A stretch of DNA of 64,000 bases from a virus (IMGVR_UViG_3300021961_005592:32001-96000), one strand, 5' to 3'. Counted from the stretch's first letter, positions 49,176-58,337 are shown. Program-made: numbers and translations. The notes: generated by a model not told the origin, from the sequence alone.

Positions 49176-50439
49176 AAAAATATACGATTCGATAAGTTAT
49201 ATATTTCCTAACGGTGTTAGAGCAGATATAGACAGCAAGTTTGACGAAACTAAATTTATATTTCCAACAGCTGAAGTTTGGCGTTGCTATCCTGATGACT
49301 TGCTATGGTACGTAGAAAAAATAAAACTTAAACAGTCTCAGTTATCCTGGATTCTTGCCAATCACGCTTTGGAATTACCACAGTTGTCAACAATTTTTTA
49401 TGATGATAAGACTGTTGAACATTTAAATAAAAACGGATTACATATTATACTATTAGAGAATCTTTTAAAGTATGACGGTCCTAAAATTAACTTGGATAGA
49501 TATACACTTGAAGAAGTTCTTCCTACTTTAGAAAATAACGGTGCTGTAATAGGAAAGTTTCAAAATCCAAAAGCAATGCAGTTAGATAGTGTACAGGATC
49601 TTATAGATAACAATCGTCTAACTAATGTAACTGTATATGTGTGTGAAAAGGATGTTGATACATTTTTTCACAAGTACAATATGTACACAACAATGAAGTT
49701 TGTATGGAAAGATTTTTATCTATTACAAGATTTAGAAAAATTTAATAGCACCGATGATATACCTAAGAAAGATATCAAATATACGTTTGTGAATTCTAAT
49801 TGGCGTTATGACACATTTAGACATGTTATAGCAGCATATCTTTCTAATTATAATTCTAAGTTAAGTTGGTATTACACTAGTACACAAGAAGATTTTAAAA
49901 ATTTATTATGGTTTAATCCGCCTCAGAGTTTAATAAACGGATTTGAAAAACTAAATCAGCGTACCCCTATTAATCTCGATAAACATATTACAACAGCAAC
50001 ACCTGTAACAGGATCATTGATTGATAGGTTTTCTAAGTTGCCAACTACCGATTTTTTTCCAAATTCGATTAACAGTAACATATATGAAGGTGTATTTTGT
50101 AGCATAGTTTCAGAGTCTGGGTTCTTTGACGAAACAGCGTATGTTACTGAAAAAACAATGTGGAGCATTTTTAATTTAATGCCTTTTGTTATTGTAGGAC
50201 CACCCGGGGCATTAGCTGCGTTAAAAGATTTAGGATTTAAAACATTTGATAAATGGTGGGACGAAGGTTACGATAATGAAAAAGATCATGCTGAACGTAT
50301 AATTAAAATATTTAAGCTTATAGATTATATTGCGTCCTTGCCTAAGGATGTTCAAGCCAGTGTTACCAAAGAAATGAACGAAACGCTGCTATATAATAAG
50401 CAGCGCCTACAAAATTTACACAAAGATATAACCCTATGA
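49150..50439 (+). CDS. Putative GT-B glycosyltransferase, paralog 4 of 4
   Basis: NSNWRYDTFR, SIVSES, YVTEKT, MPFVIVG, GFKTFDKWWDEGYD. Confidence 0.5.
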   Translation: MLVEPLILEKIYDSISYIFPNGVRADIDSKFDETKFIFPTAEVWRCYPDDLLWYVEKIKLKQSQLSWILANHALELPQLSTIFYDDKTVEHLNKNGLHIILLENLLKYDGPKINLDRYTLEEVLPTLENNGAVIGKFQNPKAMQLDSVQDLIDNNRLTNVTVYVCEKDVDTFFHKYNMYTTMKFVWKDFYLLQDLEKFNSTDDIPKKDIKYTFVNSNWRYDTFRHVIAAYLSNYNSKLSWYYTSTQEDFKNLLWFNPPQSLINGFEKLNQRTPINLDKHITTATPVTGSLIDRFSKLPTTDFFPNSINSNIYEGVFCSIVSESGFFDETAYVTEKTMWSIFNLMPFVIVGPPGALAALKDLGFKTFDKWWDEGYDNEKDHAERIIKIFKLIDYIASLPKDVQASVTKEMNETLLYNKQRLQNLHKDITL

Positions 50440-50960
50440 CGGCTAAGTTTGATACTTTTAATTGGCTAGAGACATATATGATTGACGAGGTCCCACATAA
50501 TGATGTTTGGGAAAACTTTGCCACGAGTAACAAGTTAAAGTTAGAGGAACAGTATCGCAACCTCAATATGCCAAAAGAGTGTTCTAAGCACTATATGGCA
50601 TTACAACCTGAACTAAGCCAAGACTTAAAAAAGTATTTAGAACCGTTTAGTGACAAAATGCATCACTTTAACTTTTTAAAGCTTACGCCGGGTTATAATT
50701 TATGGTGGCATTATGATAGTTATTCTACATTTATTCGTTACAACAATATAACAGAGTTGCAAGCAGAAAATATTAACAGAACTATCGTAATGCTTACTCC
50801 TTGGACACACGGTCAAATATTACAAATAGGTGACAATGCACATATTAATTGGACAGTTGGAGATACATATACCTGGAATGCATATACTTGGCATGGTGTT
50901 GGAAACTTTAGTTTTACTGATTTTGTAGTAATGCAAATTACTTGGATAGACAATGAGTAA
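50436..50960 (+). CDS. Fe(II)/2OG oxygenase-like protein
   Basis: PGYNLWWHYD...TWHGVGN; paralog of 48666. Confidence 0.65.
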   Translation: MTAKFDTFNWLETYMIDEVPHNDVWENFATSNKLKLEEQYRNLNMPKECSKHYMALQPELSQDLKKYLEPFSDKMHHFNFLKLTPGYNLWWHYDSYSTFIRYNNITELQAENINRTIVMLTPWTHGQILQIGDNAHINWTVGDTYTWNAYTWHGVGNFSFTDFVVMQITWIDNE

Positions 50961-51879
50961 GTATCAATACGATAATAAACATTTGCCATTTGGACACTCT
51001 AAAGCAATAGAAGATTTAGAAGTACAAACGTTGTTAAACAACATCAATTTTAAATTTACTGATGTATTGTCTAACTCTAACATAAACAAACAATTTTGTT
51101 CTGAATATTTAAATTGGATAAAATCTAGCAATTTAAATTTAATTTACGGACTAGATGATTATAGCTATGCAGTTTTTTCGCAAGGCACGTCGGAAGCATT
51201 TGATAAATTTTATTTAAAAAATAGCAAACGTCGTTTTCGCTGCTTTAAAGGCGAGTACTTGTATCATAAATTAGCATGGAGAGACAGTTATGATTGGGCA
51301 TACATTGAAGATGATTTTTTAGACAGTAATGATGCTGTAATTATTAGTATTCCATTTGCAGATACCGGGTCTAAACACTTAGAAACAGAATCGATACTTT
51401 GTAAATGCACACAGTTAGGAATACCAGTATTAATTGATTGTGCTTACTATTCGATTAGTAGTAATGTAAGAGTTGATTTAACACACCCGTGTATAACAGA
51501 TGTTACATTTAGTCTTAGCAAAATGTTTCCGGTAGCACATGCTAGAATAGGCTTGAGATTAACTAGAGAAGATTGCGATGACTTGTTATTTGTATATGAC
51601 AAAGCAGAATATACAAATAGGATTAGCGCAGCTATTGGATTAGAGCTTATACGTAAATTTCCAGCAGATTACATTGTAAACAAATATAAAACAATACAAG
51701 AAAAATACTGTGAACACTTAAAAGTATTTCCTAGTGACACAGTACTTTTTGGGCTAGCACCAAAAGAAAAATATACAGAATATAATCGAGGATGCAATAC
51801 TAATAGATTAGGATTGCATAACTTTTTAAACAAAGATATAAAATTTTTAGAAGGAGCCGTAAATGGCAGTACAAAGTAA
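50953..51879 (+). CDS. PLP-dependent fold-type I enzyme (aminotransferase-like)
   Basis: GTSEAF, VLIDCAY, FSLSKMF (Schiff-base Lys), ARIG. Confidence 0.75.
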   Translation: MSKYQYDNKHLPFGHSKAIEDLEVQTLLNNINFKFTDVLSNSNINKQFCSEYLNWIKSSNLNLIYGLDDYSYAVFSQGTSEAFDKFYLKNSKRRFRCFKGEYLYHKLAWRDSYDWAYIEDDFLDSNDAVIISIPFADTGSKHLETESILCKCTQLGIPVLIDCAYYSISSNVRVDLTHPCITDVTFSLSKMFPVAHARIGLRLTREDCDDLLFVYDKAEYTNRISAAIGLELIRKFPADYIVNKYKTIQEKYCEHLKVFPSDTVLFGLAPKEKYTEYNRGCNTNRLGLHNFLNKDIKFLEGAVNGSTK

Positions 51880-52921
51880 TAACGATTGGGATCCATTAGA
51901 AGAGATCTTTGTAGGTACAGCAAAAGGTGCTGTACTTCCTACTATGAACGCAAGTGTAAGAAGTTTTTCTTATGCTACTTATAGTGAGGAAGAATTAAAA
52001 GATCTAGAAGGACCCCACGATAAACAAATTATGGAAGAAGCTGAAGAAGATTTAGATATTCTTGCCAATACACTAACTAAATTAGGTATCAAAGTACATC
52101 GCCCTACTCCTATGGATCATAGTGTAGAGTTTAGTAGTCCAGACTGGACTACAACTGGTTGGTATAGTTTTTGTCCACGAGATTTATTATTGCCTTTAGA
52201 TAATATTATTTTAGAGTGTAGTAGTCCAATGAGGGCAAGACAATATGAAACTAGAGTGTATTATGATTACTTGTATCAACAAATGAAAGAAGGCACTCAA
52301 TGGATTAAAAGTCCGTCACCTATACTAAAAGATGACTTATATCAATTTGAAGATTTAAGTGTGCCTACGGTTAAAAATAACGAAATAGTTTGGGAAGCAC
52401 CAAATGTAGTCCGCTTAGGCAGAGACTTGTTATATCAACATAGCAATACCGGAAGCATATTGGGATTTGAATGGTTGAAAACTATACTTGAACCTAGAGG
52501 CTACCGAGTGCATCTTGCAGAAGATTTTTATTTTTTTGCACACTTTGATAGTACTGTTATTCCGTTGCGCCCTGGACTAGTTATGTTCAATGCTGAACGT
52601 TGCAGACCAGATCACTATCCAAAGATATTTAAAAACTGGGATAAGATATTTGTAGGTATGGATGACTTAGTTGCACCTAGCTGTAACTTGCCAAACGGTG
52701 TAAGCCCTTGCTCTCCATGGATTGGAATGAATTTGCTAAGTATTAATGAAAATTGTGTAGTAATTGACAAAGATCAAGAACCATTAATGCGTATACTAGA
52801 CAAGCACGGTATTGAAAGTGTGCCGTGTCCTGCAAGACAAGCTCGTAGTATGAGCGGTGGCTTCCATTGTAATACCCTAGACGTTAAGCGCAAAGGCGGC
52901 TTACAAGACTATTTTGGCTAA
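51863..52921 (+). CDS. Amidinotransferase (AGAT/StrB1 family)
   Basis: NNDWDPLEEIFVG, FCPRD, AHFDST, PWIGMN, SGGFHCNTLDV. Confidence 0.9.
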   Translation: MAVQSNNDWDPLEEIFVGTAKGAVLPTMNASVRSFSYATYSEEELKDLEGPHDKQIMEEAEEDLDILANTLTKLGIKVHRPTPMDHSVEFSSPDWTTTGWYSFCPRDLLLPLDNIILECSSPMRARQYETRVYYDYLYQQMKEGTQWIKSPSPILKDDLYQFEDLSVPTVKNNEIVWEAPNVVRLGRDLLYQHSNTGSILGFEWLKTILEPRGYRVHLAEDFYFFAHFDSTVIPLRPGLVMFNAERCRPDHYPKIFKNWDKIFVGMDDLVAPSCNLPNGVSPCSPWIGMNLLSINENCVVIDKDQEPLMRILDKHGIESVPCPARQARSMSGGFHCNTLDVKRKGGLQDYFG

Positions 52922-52933
52922 GGAATAATTCGT

Positions 52934-54418
52934 ATGCATCACTGTTTAATTTTTAATGTATCGTGTGACGATATTATAAGAGGATTCGGAACTTATAGAA
53001 TAGCACACTATCTTAGACAGCATAACTGGGATGCAGAAACTGTTGATTATACTATAAGTTGGAAACTTGAAGAATTAAAAGAATTTGTAAAATCTCGAAT
53101 AAATGCTAATACTAAATTTATAGGTTTTGGGCATATTTTTGCATACTGGACGCCAACATTGGAAGCATTTACTAAATGGATTAAAGAAACATATCCTAAT
53201 GTTTATCTATTGGCAGGAATGCAAGGATTTCCTACATATGATGCTAACTATATCGATTATTACATTATAGGACATGGCGAGAAGGCACTAATATCTTTAT
53301 TATCCCAGTTGTTTAGTAACGGTGAAGTTGTGCAAATTCACAAGTTTCCTTGGTCCAACAAAAAAGTTATCTTGGCTAATAGTGTACACAGTCCATATTC
53401 TTCAGGGTTAATGACAAACTTAGAAGTACAATATGAAGACAGAGACTTTATAAGAGAAGGCGAATGGCTCACTATGGAGTTTTCAAGAGGTTGCAAATTT
53501 GCATGTAAATTTTGCGATTTTCCTTACCTAAGTGCTAAAGGCAATTATATTTCTGCAAAGGAAAGTTTTGTAACTCAAATGAAAGAAAACTATGATAGAT
53601 TTGGTGTAAAAAATTATATTGTTGCAGATAACACTTTTAATGATACTACTGAAAAAATAAGAACTTATGCAGAAGGTGTCCAAGAGTTAGACTTTGATCC
53701 ATTTTTTGCAGGATTTATACGTGCTGATCTTCTCATAAGCAGGCCACAAGATAAAGAACTTTTATTAAACATGGGATTTCTTGGTCACGCTTATGGAATT
53801 GAAACTCTTAATCATGAAAGCGGTAAGTCAATAGGTAAAGGAATGGACCCTGAAAAAACTAAGCAAGGCTTTTATGATATCTATAACTATTTTAATAATA
53901 ACGGTCGTAAGTTATTTGCATCAACTCTTTCTTTTATAGTTGGTCTTCCTTATGAAACAAGGGAAACTATGATGTATACAGCAGAATGGATTAGAAACTT
54001 GCCGCCTGAAGTATCTATAACTATACATCCATTAATAATTCCTAAAAACGTTTATGGTGCCGCTTCTGCTTTTACACTAGATTGGAAAAAATATGGATAT
54101 AGAGAAAGGACTGTAGTAAACAGCGATACTTATCAAGAAGCTATTTTTAGAGACCCGTCTAGAAATGCAGTCTACTGGGAAAATGATTATATGACAATGG
54201 ATGAAGCTTTGGAAATTGCAAAGTCAATATCAGCAGGATTTCTTAATAATAATTCTATGACTGATATTTGGATGCTTGCAACAAATGCAATGCACGGAAA
54301 AGAAGTTGAAGAAAGATTAAAGACTCCTACTTACGAATATGACGGGCCGGACGGAAGAGTGAATACAGATGCTTTTACAAGGCAATATATTCAGAGTAAA
54401 CTAAATTGGAAACCTTAA
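52934..54418 (+). CDS. Radical SAM protein of the cobalamin-binding (class B-like) type
   Basis: N-terminal B12-binding-like domain (IAHYLR...IIGHGE); EFSRGCKFACKFC; ADNTFND; YGIET; FIVGLPYET. Confidence 0.85.
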   Translation: MHHCLIFNVSCDDIIRGFGTYRIAHYLRQHNWDAETVDYTISWKLEELKEFVKSRINANTKFIGFGHIFAYWTPTLEAFTKWIKETYPNVYLLAGMQGFPTYDANYIDYYIIGHGEKALISLLSQLFSNGEVVQIHKFPWSNKKVILANSVHSPYSSGLMTNLEVQYEDRDFIREGEWLTMEFSRGCKFACKFCDFPYLSAKGNYISAKESFVTQMKENYDRFGVKNYIVADNTFNDTTEKIRTYAEGVQELDFDPFFAGFIRADLLISRPQDKELLLNMGFLGHAYGIETLNHESGKSIGKGMDPEKTKQGFYDIYNYFNNNGRKLFASTLSFIVGLPYETRETMMYTAEWIRNLPPEVSITIHPLIIPKNVYGAASAFTLDWKKYGYRERTVVNSDTYQEAIFRDPSRNAVYWENDYMTMDEALEIAKSISAGFLNNNSMTDIWMLATNAMHGKEVEERLKTPTYEYDGPDGRVNTDAFTRQYIQSKLNWKP

Positions 54419-55203
54419 TGAATAAAATAGCAATATTTGGAGATAGTTTTGCTACTAGGACATATACTGAAGAATCACCAACCGCTGAAGGATTTTTAAA
54501 AGAGATATATGCACTGTGTAATAAAGTCTATAATAAAAAAGAAATAGATACTCTAAAGCGTAATTGGGGTAAAAGATACCATCCTTGGGTAGACTTGTTA
54601 GACGCCGATGTTTTTGGCGCAAGCGGAAGTGATTTATATTACAGTTATAACCAGTTTATTAACAATCACAAAAAATATAATAAATGTATTTTTGTTATAA
54701 CAAGTCCTTTAAGATATAGTTCAAATATACACGGATGGCTACACGGTGCTTCTATAGAAGATGCACTAGAAGGGATAAAATTTTCTAAGGGAAATTCTTT
54801 TAAGCAGTACTACACATCTCTTGCAGATTTTTTTAAAAACATTTATTATAAAGATATTGATAGGATTGAATTAATAAATCAAGCAATGATTGATAGTATT
54901 ACGTTTAAACGACCTGATACAATTTTTATTAACGCATTTCCTGATTTAAAAAATGTATATGAGTTAGAATTAAAAGCGTGGAATTTAACACACGATGAAA
55001 GTCAAGATTATAACAAATATTTTGATTTAAGACAATGTCATATGACAAACGACAATAATAGAATACTTGCTAAGTTTGTTTTGGATAATTTAGATAAAAG
55101 TGGAGTATTAGATCTATCTAGCATACAGTGGAAAGTACCTAGTATGGAAGATAGATCTTATTACTTACCGAATACTACGGACCTTTTTGCTAGATTGATC
55201 TAA
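54418..55203 (+). CDS. SGNH/GDSL hydrolase-fold protein
   Basis: IAIFGDSF, FGASGS, RQCHMT. Confidence 0.6.
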   Translation: MNKIAIFGDSFATRTYTEESPTAEGFLKEIYALCNKVYNKKEIDTLKRNWGKRYHPWVDLLDADVFGASGSDLYYSYNQFINNHKKYNKCIFVITSPLRYSSNIHGWLHGASIEDALEGIKFSKGNSFKQYYTSLADFFKNIYYKDIDRIELINQAMIDSITFKRPDTIFINAFPDLKNVYELELKAWNLTHDESQDYNKYFDLRQCHMTNDNNRILAKFVLDNLDKSGVLDLSSIQWKVPSMEDRSYYLPNTTDLFARLI

Positions 55204-56112
55204 TACGCTTTTCCAAATATCAATAGTATAGTCAACACCATCACTTAGACTAACTTTAGGTCCCCAACCTGTAATACTAGTAATTAATCTATGATTGCTG
55301 TTTAACCAATATATTTCACCTGGGCGCACTGGTTTAGTATCCCAGACTACTTCTCCCCTCCAATCAATCTTATCTGCAATCATATTAACATAATCTTTAA
55401 TCTTGATAGGATTGTCAGGACCAATTGTAAAGATATATCCGTTATTTACTTTAGCAGGGTTATTAATAACTGTACACCATGCATCTAGCAAATCGTCAAT
55501 AAAAATAAAGTTGCGATAAGGTTCACCGTATCCTAATCCTATACGTTCTGGATTTTTTAACATCTGTGTTATGATTTGCTCAGTAACAAAGAAGTCGTTG
55601 TCCTTTCGACCGTAACTATTAGTTTGACGTATAGCTGTAAAAGGAAGACCTAAACTTCTGTGTGCGTATTCTAAATATTTTTCACATCCGTATTTTGCAA
55701 CAGCATAAGGTGCATTAGGATTAGGAGTTGTATTTTCGTCAAATGCAATAAATCGTTTGGGGATTATGTTTTCTTTAACTTCGTCACTTATAGGTTGCCA
55801 TCCATACACTTCCATAGTACTTGCAAATACAAAGTTCTTTAAATTTTTAACTTTGCTTGCAGCCTCTATTAGATTTACAGTTCCTACATAGTTAATTTGA
55901 CTAAATGTGATTTGCTCATAGAAGCTATTTTCAACTTCTGTTCGAGCTGCTAAGTGAATAATAATGTCAGGTTTAACGCTGTTAACTTCTTGCTGAACAG
56001 CGTCAAACTCTAATAGATTGCTTTTTAAATGAAATAATTCATGATCTTTTTCTAAACGTGGAGTTAGATGTTGACCAATGAATCCAGATGAACCTGTTAA
56101 TAATATACGCAT
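55165..56112 (-). CDS. NAD-dependent NDP-sugar epimerase/4,6-dehydratase
   Basis: TGSSGFIG, IIHLAA, FASTMEVYG, PYAVAK, RNFIFIDD, RPGE. Confidence 0.9.
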   Translation of the reverse strand: MRILLTGSSGFIGQHLTPRLEKDHELFHLKSNLLEFDAVQQEVNSVKPDIIIHLAARTEVENSFYEQITFSQINYVGTVNLIEAASKVKNLKNFVFASTMEVYGWQPISDEVKENIIPKRFIAFDENTTPNPNAPYAVAKYGCEKYLEYAHRSLGLPFTAIRQTNSYGRKDNDFFVTEQIITQMLKNPERIGLGYGEPYRNFIFIDDLLDAWCTVINNPAKVNNGYIFTIGPDNPIKIKDYVNMIADKIDWRGEVVWDTKPVRPGEIYWLNSNHRLITSITGWGPKVSLSDGVDYTIDIWKSVLDQSSKKVRSIR

Positions 56113-56143
56113 TCAATACCCCGCTATATTATATAGCGAGATA

Positions 56144-57370
56144 TTAATTTAATGATACCCAAGCTGATCCAGTGTAACCTTGGAATTGTGGAGTACCTGC
56201 ACCGTCACCGTTTGTTACAAAACAAACCATTCCTGCTTCAACAACACCTGGTGGTAGCGCAGTGTCTCGTTCAGATGTATCAGCGAATGCTGCATATTTT
56301 GTTACAGTTGTGCCAAGATGTCCATATGAGTTAATATAGGTATCAGTGTTAAATCCACCGTTGGCAGAAGAAACGCCAAATATAAATTTTGCTGGTAGAT
56401 CATTGTTAACTGTTGGAGTATCAATTTGTCCTAATAAAGCTATTTTAGGAGTATAATCAACCCCGTCATGTGCTGACATTACGTAGTTGCCTATGTAATC
56501 GCCTGCTTGAAGAGATGTAGGAGTAAGTCTAGTACCTCTAGAACTCATAACTGTTATTGTTGGTAGGTTGCTAACCCCTCCATCGTTTTCACTTCTAAGA
56601 ACACTAAGCACATCACCGTTTACGGTAACAGTATCTAATAAGCTAGATGGGTTACCTATTGAAAGAATTCCTGCAGGTACTTCAATAGTATTACTAGCTA
56701 TATTAATTGAACCATTAGATAGTATACTGTTTACACCGTCTACCATTAATGTGCTGTCGTCAGCAAATACACTGCCTACAACGTCACCAACAACATTACC
56801 CGTTACATTACCTGTAACATTACCTGTAACATCGCCATTAAGGCTAGCGTAAACTCTTGCATTGTCGCTGTCAACTATAACAGTGTCACCGGCTGTGTTA
56901 CGAACGCTTCCGTAAAAACGATGGAAATCAGCACTTAAAACAGGATCTCCGGCGTTGTCTTCAATTTGGAGGTGATAACTGTTGCCTGGAACAATTCCAG
57001 ATCCGCTGCTATCGTCAACTCCAACAACCCAACTTGCGCCATCATATTTTAAAACACTTCCAAAAACAGCACCAGTAGTACTTACATCAACTAAATCTCC
57101 AATACCATGAACTAGACTTGCTTCAGCTTGGGCTACCCATTTTGACCCATCATACTTTAGCACGTCTCCCAATATTGGAGCAGATGTTAAATCAACATCT
57201 GTTAGATCATCCATACCGTAAACTGCGCCAGTGTTTACCAAATTACCGCCCAATGTAAATCCGTCACCAACATATAAGCGTTTGGTGTCGGTAGCATAGA
57301 TTAGCTCACCGTCTTGCGGTGTAATTAGCTGACGTTGTGCGTCTGTTCCACGTCTTAGTCGTAATGCCAT
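56144..57370 (-). CDS. Tail fibre/appendage protein
   Basis: MALRLRRGT...GELIYATDTKRLYVGDG N-terminus; two DLxDV...VLKYDG.W repeats; (GNVT)n; AGGAG RBS. Confidence 0.75.
   Translation of the reverse strand: MALRLRRGTDAQRQLITPQDGELIYATDTKRLYVGDGFTLGGNLVNTGAVYGMDDLTDVDLTSAPILGDVLKYDGSKWVAQAEASLVHGIGDLVDVSTTGAVFGSVLKYDGASWVVGVDDSSGSGIVPGNSYHLQIEDNAGDPVLSADFHRFYGSVRNTAGDTVIVDSDNARVYASLNGDVTGNVTGNVTGNVVGDVVGSVFADDSTLMVDGVNSILSNGSINIASNTIEVPAGILSIGNPSSLLDTVTVNGDVLSVLRSENDGGVSNLPTITVMSSRGTRLTPTSLQAGDYIGNYVMSAHDGVDYTPKIALLGQIDTPTVNNDLPAKFIFGVSSANGGFNTDTYINSYGHLGTTVTKYAAFADTSERDTALPPGVVEAGMVCFVTNGDGAGTPQFQGYTGSAWVSLN
56775..56836 (-). repeat. 12-nt-period coding repeat (GDVT-GNVT-GNVT-GNVV-GDVV-G)
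   Basis: acattacctgta units on the + strand. Confidence 0.8.
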
Positions 57371-57400
57371 TCGTATAACTCCTGATGTACTTTATATATG

Positions 57401-57406
57401 TATTTA
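57401..57406 (-). promoter_or_regulatory. Late promoter core TAAATA
   Basis: CATAAATA about 30 nt upstream of the fibre gene start at 57370. Confidence 0.55.
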
Positions 57407-57422
57407 TGTCTTTTAAAAAGAA

Positions 57423-57734
57423 TTACAACCTACGTTTCATAAAACGCTTGGTATGTATCTGTACATCTTTCTTAACTTTGGCAGTGTTTAAGTTAAACTC
57501 CACACTTTCTATAAGATCATCGTGCTCGTTGAAGAATTCTTCCAAAGATTCTTCTAATTCTTCAACAGTAGAACCTTTATTTTTGTTCATTTCAATACAC
57601 CACTTATTTCCATCTTTAAAATTTACATTTATTGCATGTAAATATTTTATAGGAATAGCACGTATTTCTACATCGTTAAAAATTTCGGGCCAGTGATCTA
57701 TAATGCTTCTTGGAAACTTATTAGTTTTGGGCAC
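57423..57734 (-). CDS. Hypothetical protein
   Basis: 103-aa ORF in the minus-strand run. Confidence 0.65.
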   Translation of the reverse strand: MPKTNKFPRSIIDHWPEIFNDVEIRAIPIKYLHAINVNFKDGNKWCIEMNKNKGSTVEELEESLEEFFNEHDDLIESVEFNLNTAKVKKDVQIHTKRFMKRRL

Positions 57735-58320
57735 TTGTTTTTAGCTTCTTAGTAGGAGCAAGTTCCTCTGCTTGTTCGCGAAGTCTTTTTGCTTCTTTAA
57801 ACATAGCATCTGCTTGTGATCTATACTGTGCAGCAAGTGCTTCGTCACTAAGCGGACTATCTACAGATGCAATAGTCACAGTTTCTTCGGCAGTATTTAC
57901 AACGGTATTTTCTGGTGCTTTTTTTACAGTAGGACCCTGTAGTGCTAGATCAGATACAGATACACCTTTTTGTTGTGCAATTGCTTCGTTTAAGTCTTTT
58001 AGAAGAACAGAAGTTCTCATATTAGGCGTCATTTCTACTTCAGAAGTTGATAATTTAACCATCTTTCCTGTTGCGTGAAATGCTGACAGCATAATACGCC
58101 CATCGGGTAATCTAGTTCTTGCCATTACTTCAGCTAGTTCATTTGCATTTTGTCCTGCATCAGACTCGATTAATTTCATAAGAGTATCGTGTTCGTCAGC
58201 TTGCAAATTTTCAGTAGTAATAACAATACAATTTTCAGGCTCGTTTGGAACTACCCTGTATGCTACTATTACCTTTCTTTTATTTCTAACTATTCTTCCA
58301 ACATGCTTTAAATCAGCCAT
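57721..58320 (-). CDS. Hypothetical protein
   Basis: 199 aa, AAGGA RBS, C-terminal coiled-coil-like segment. Confidence 0.75.
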   Translation of the reverse strand: MADLKHVGRIVRNKRKVIVAYRVVPNEPENCIVITTENLQADEHDTLMKLIESDAGQNANELAEVMARTRLPDGRIMLSAFHATGKMVKLSTSEVEMTPNMRTSVLLKDLNEAIAQQKGVSVSDLALQGPTVKKAPENTVVNTAEETVTIASVDSPLSDEALAAQYRSQADAMFKEAKRLREQAEELAPTKKLKTSAQN

Positions 58321-58337
58321 AGTTTTTTCCTTATGTT

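Noticed and set aside
14671-56112. Host O-antigen/capsule locus or DNA hypermodification cluster
   Set aside because: No flippase, polymerase, exporter or initiating transferase; no thymidylate-synthase-like hydroxymethylase, DpdA or clear TET/JBP gene. The context is fibre genes and phage late promoters. DNA modification cannot be fully excluded.
56775-56836. 12-nt repeats as CRISPR or DGR element
   Set aside because: In-frame coding repeats without spacers; no cas or reverse transcriptase gene in the window.
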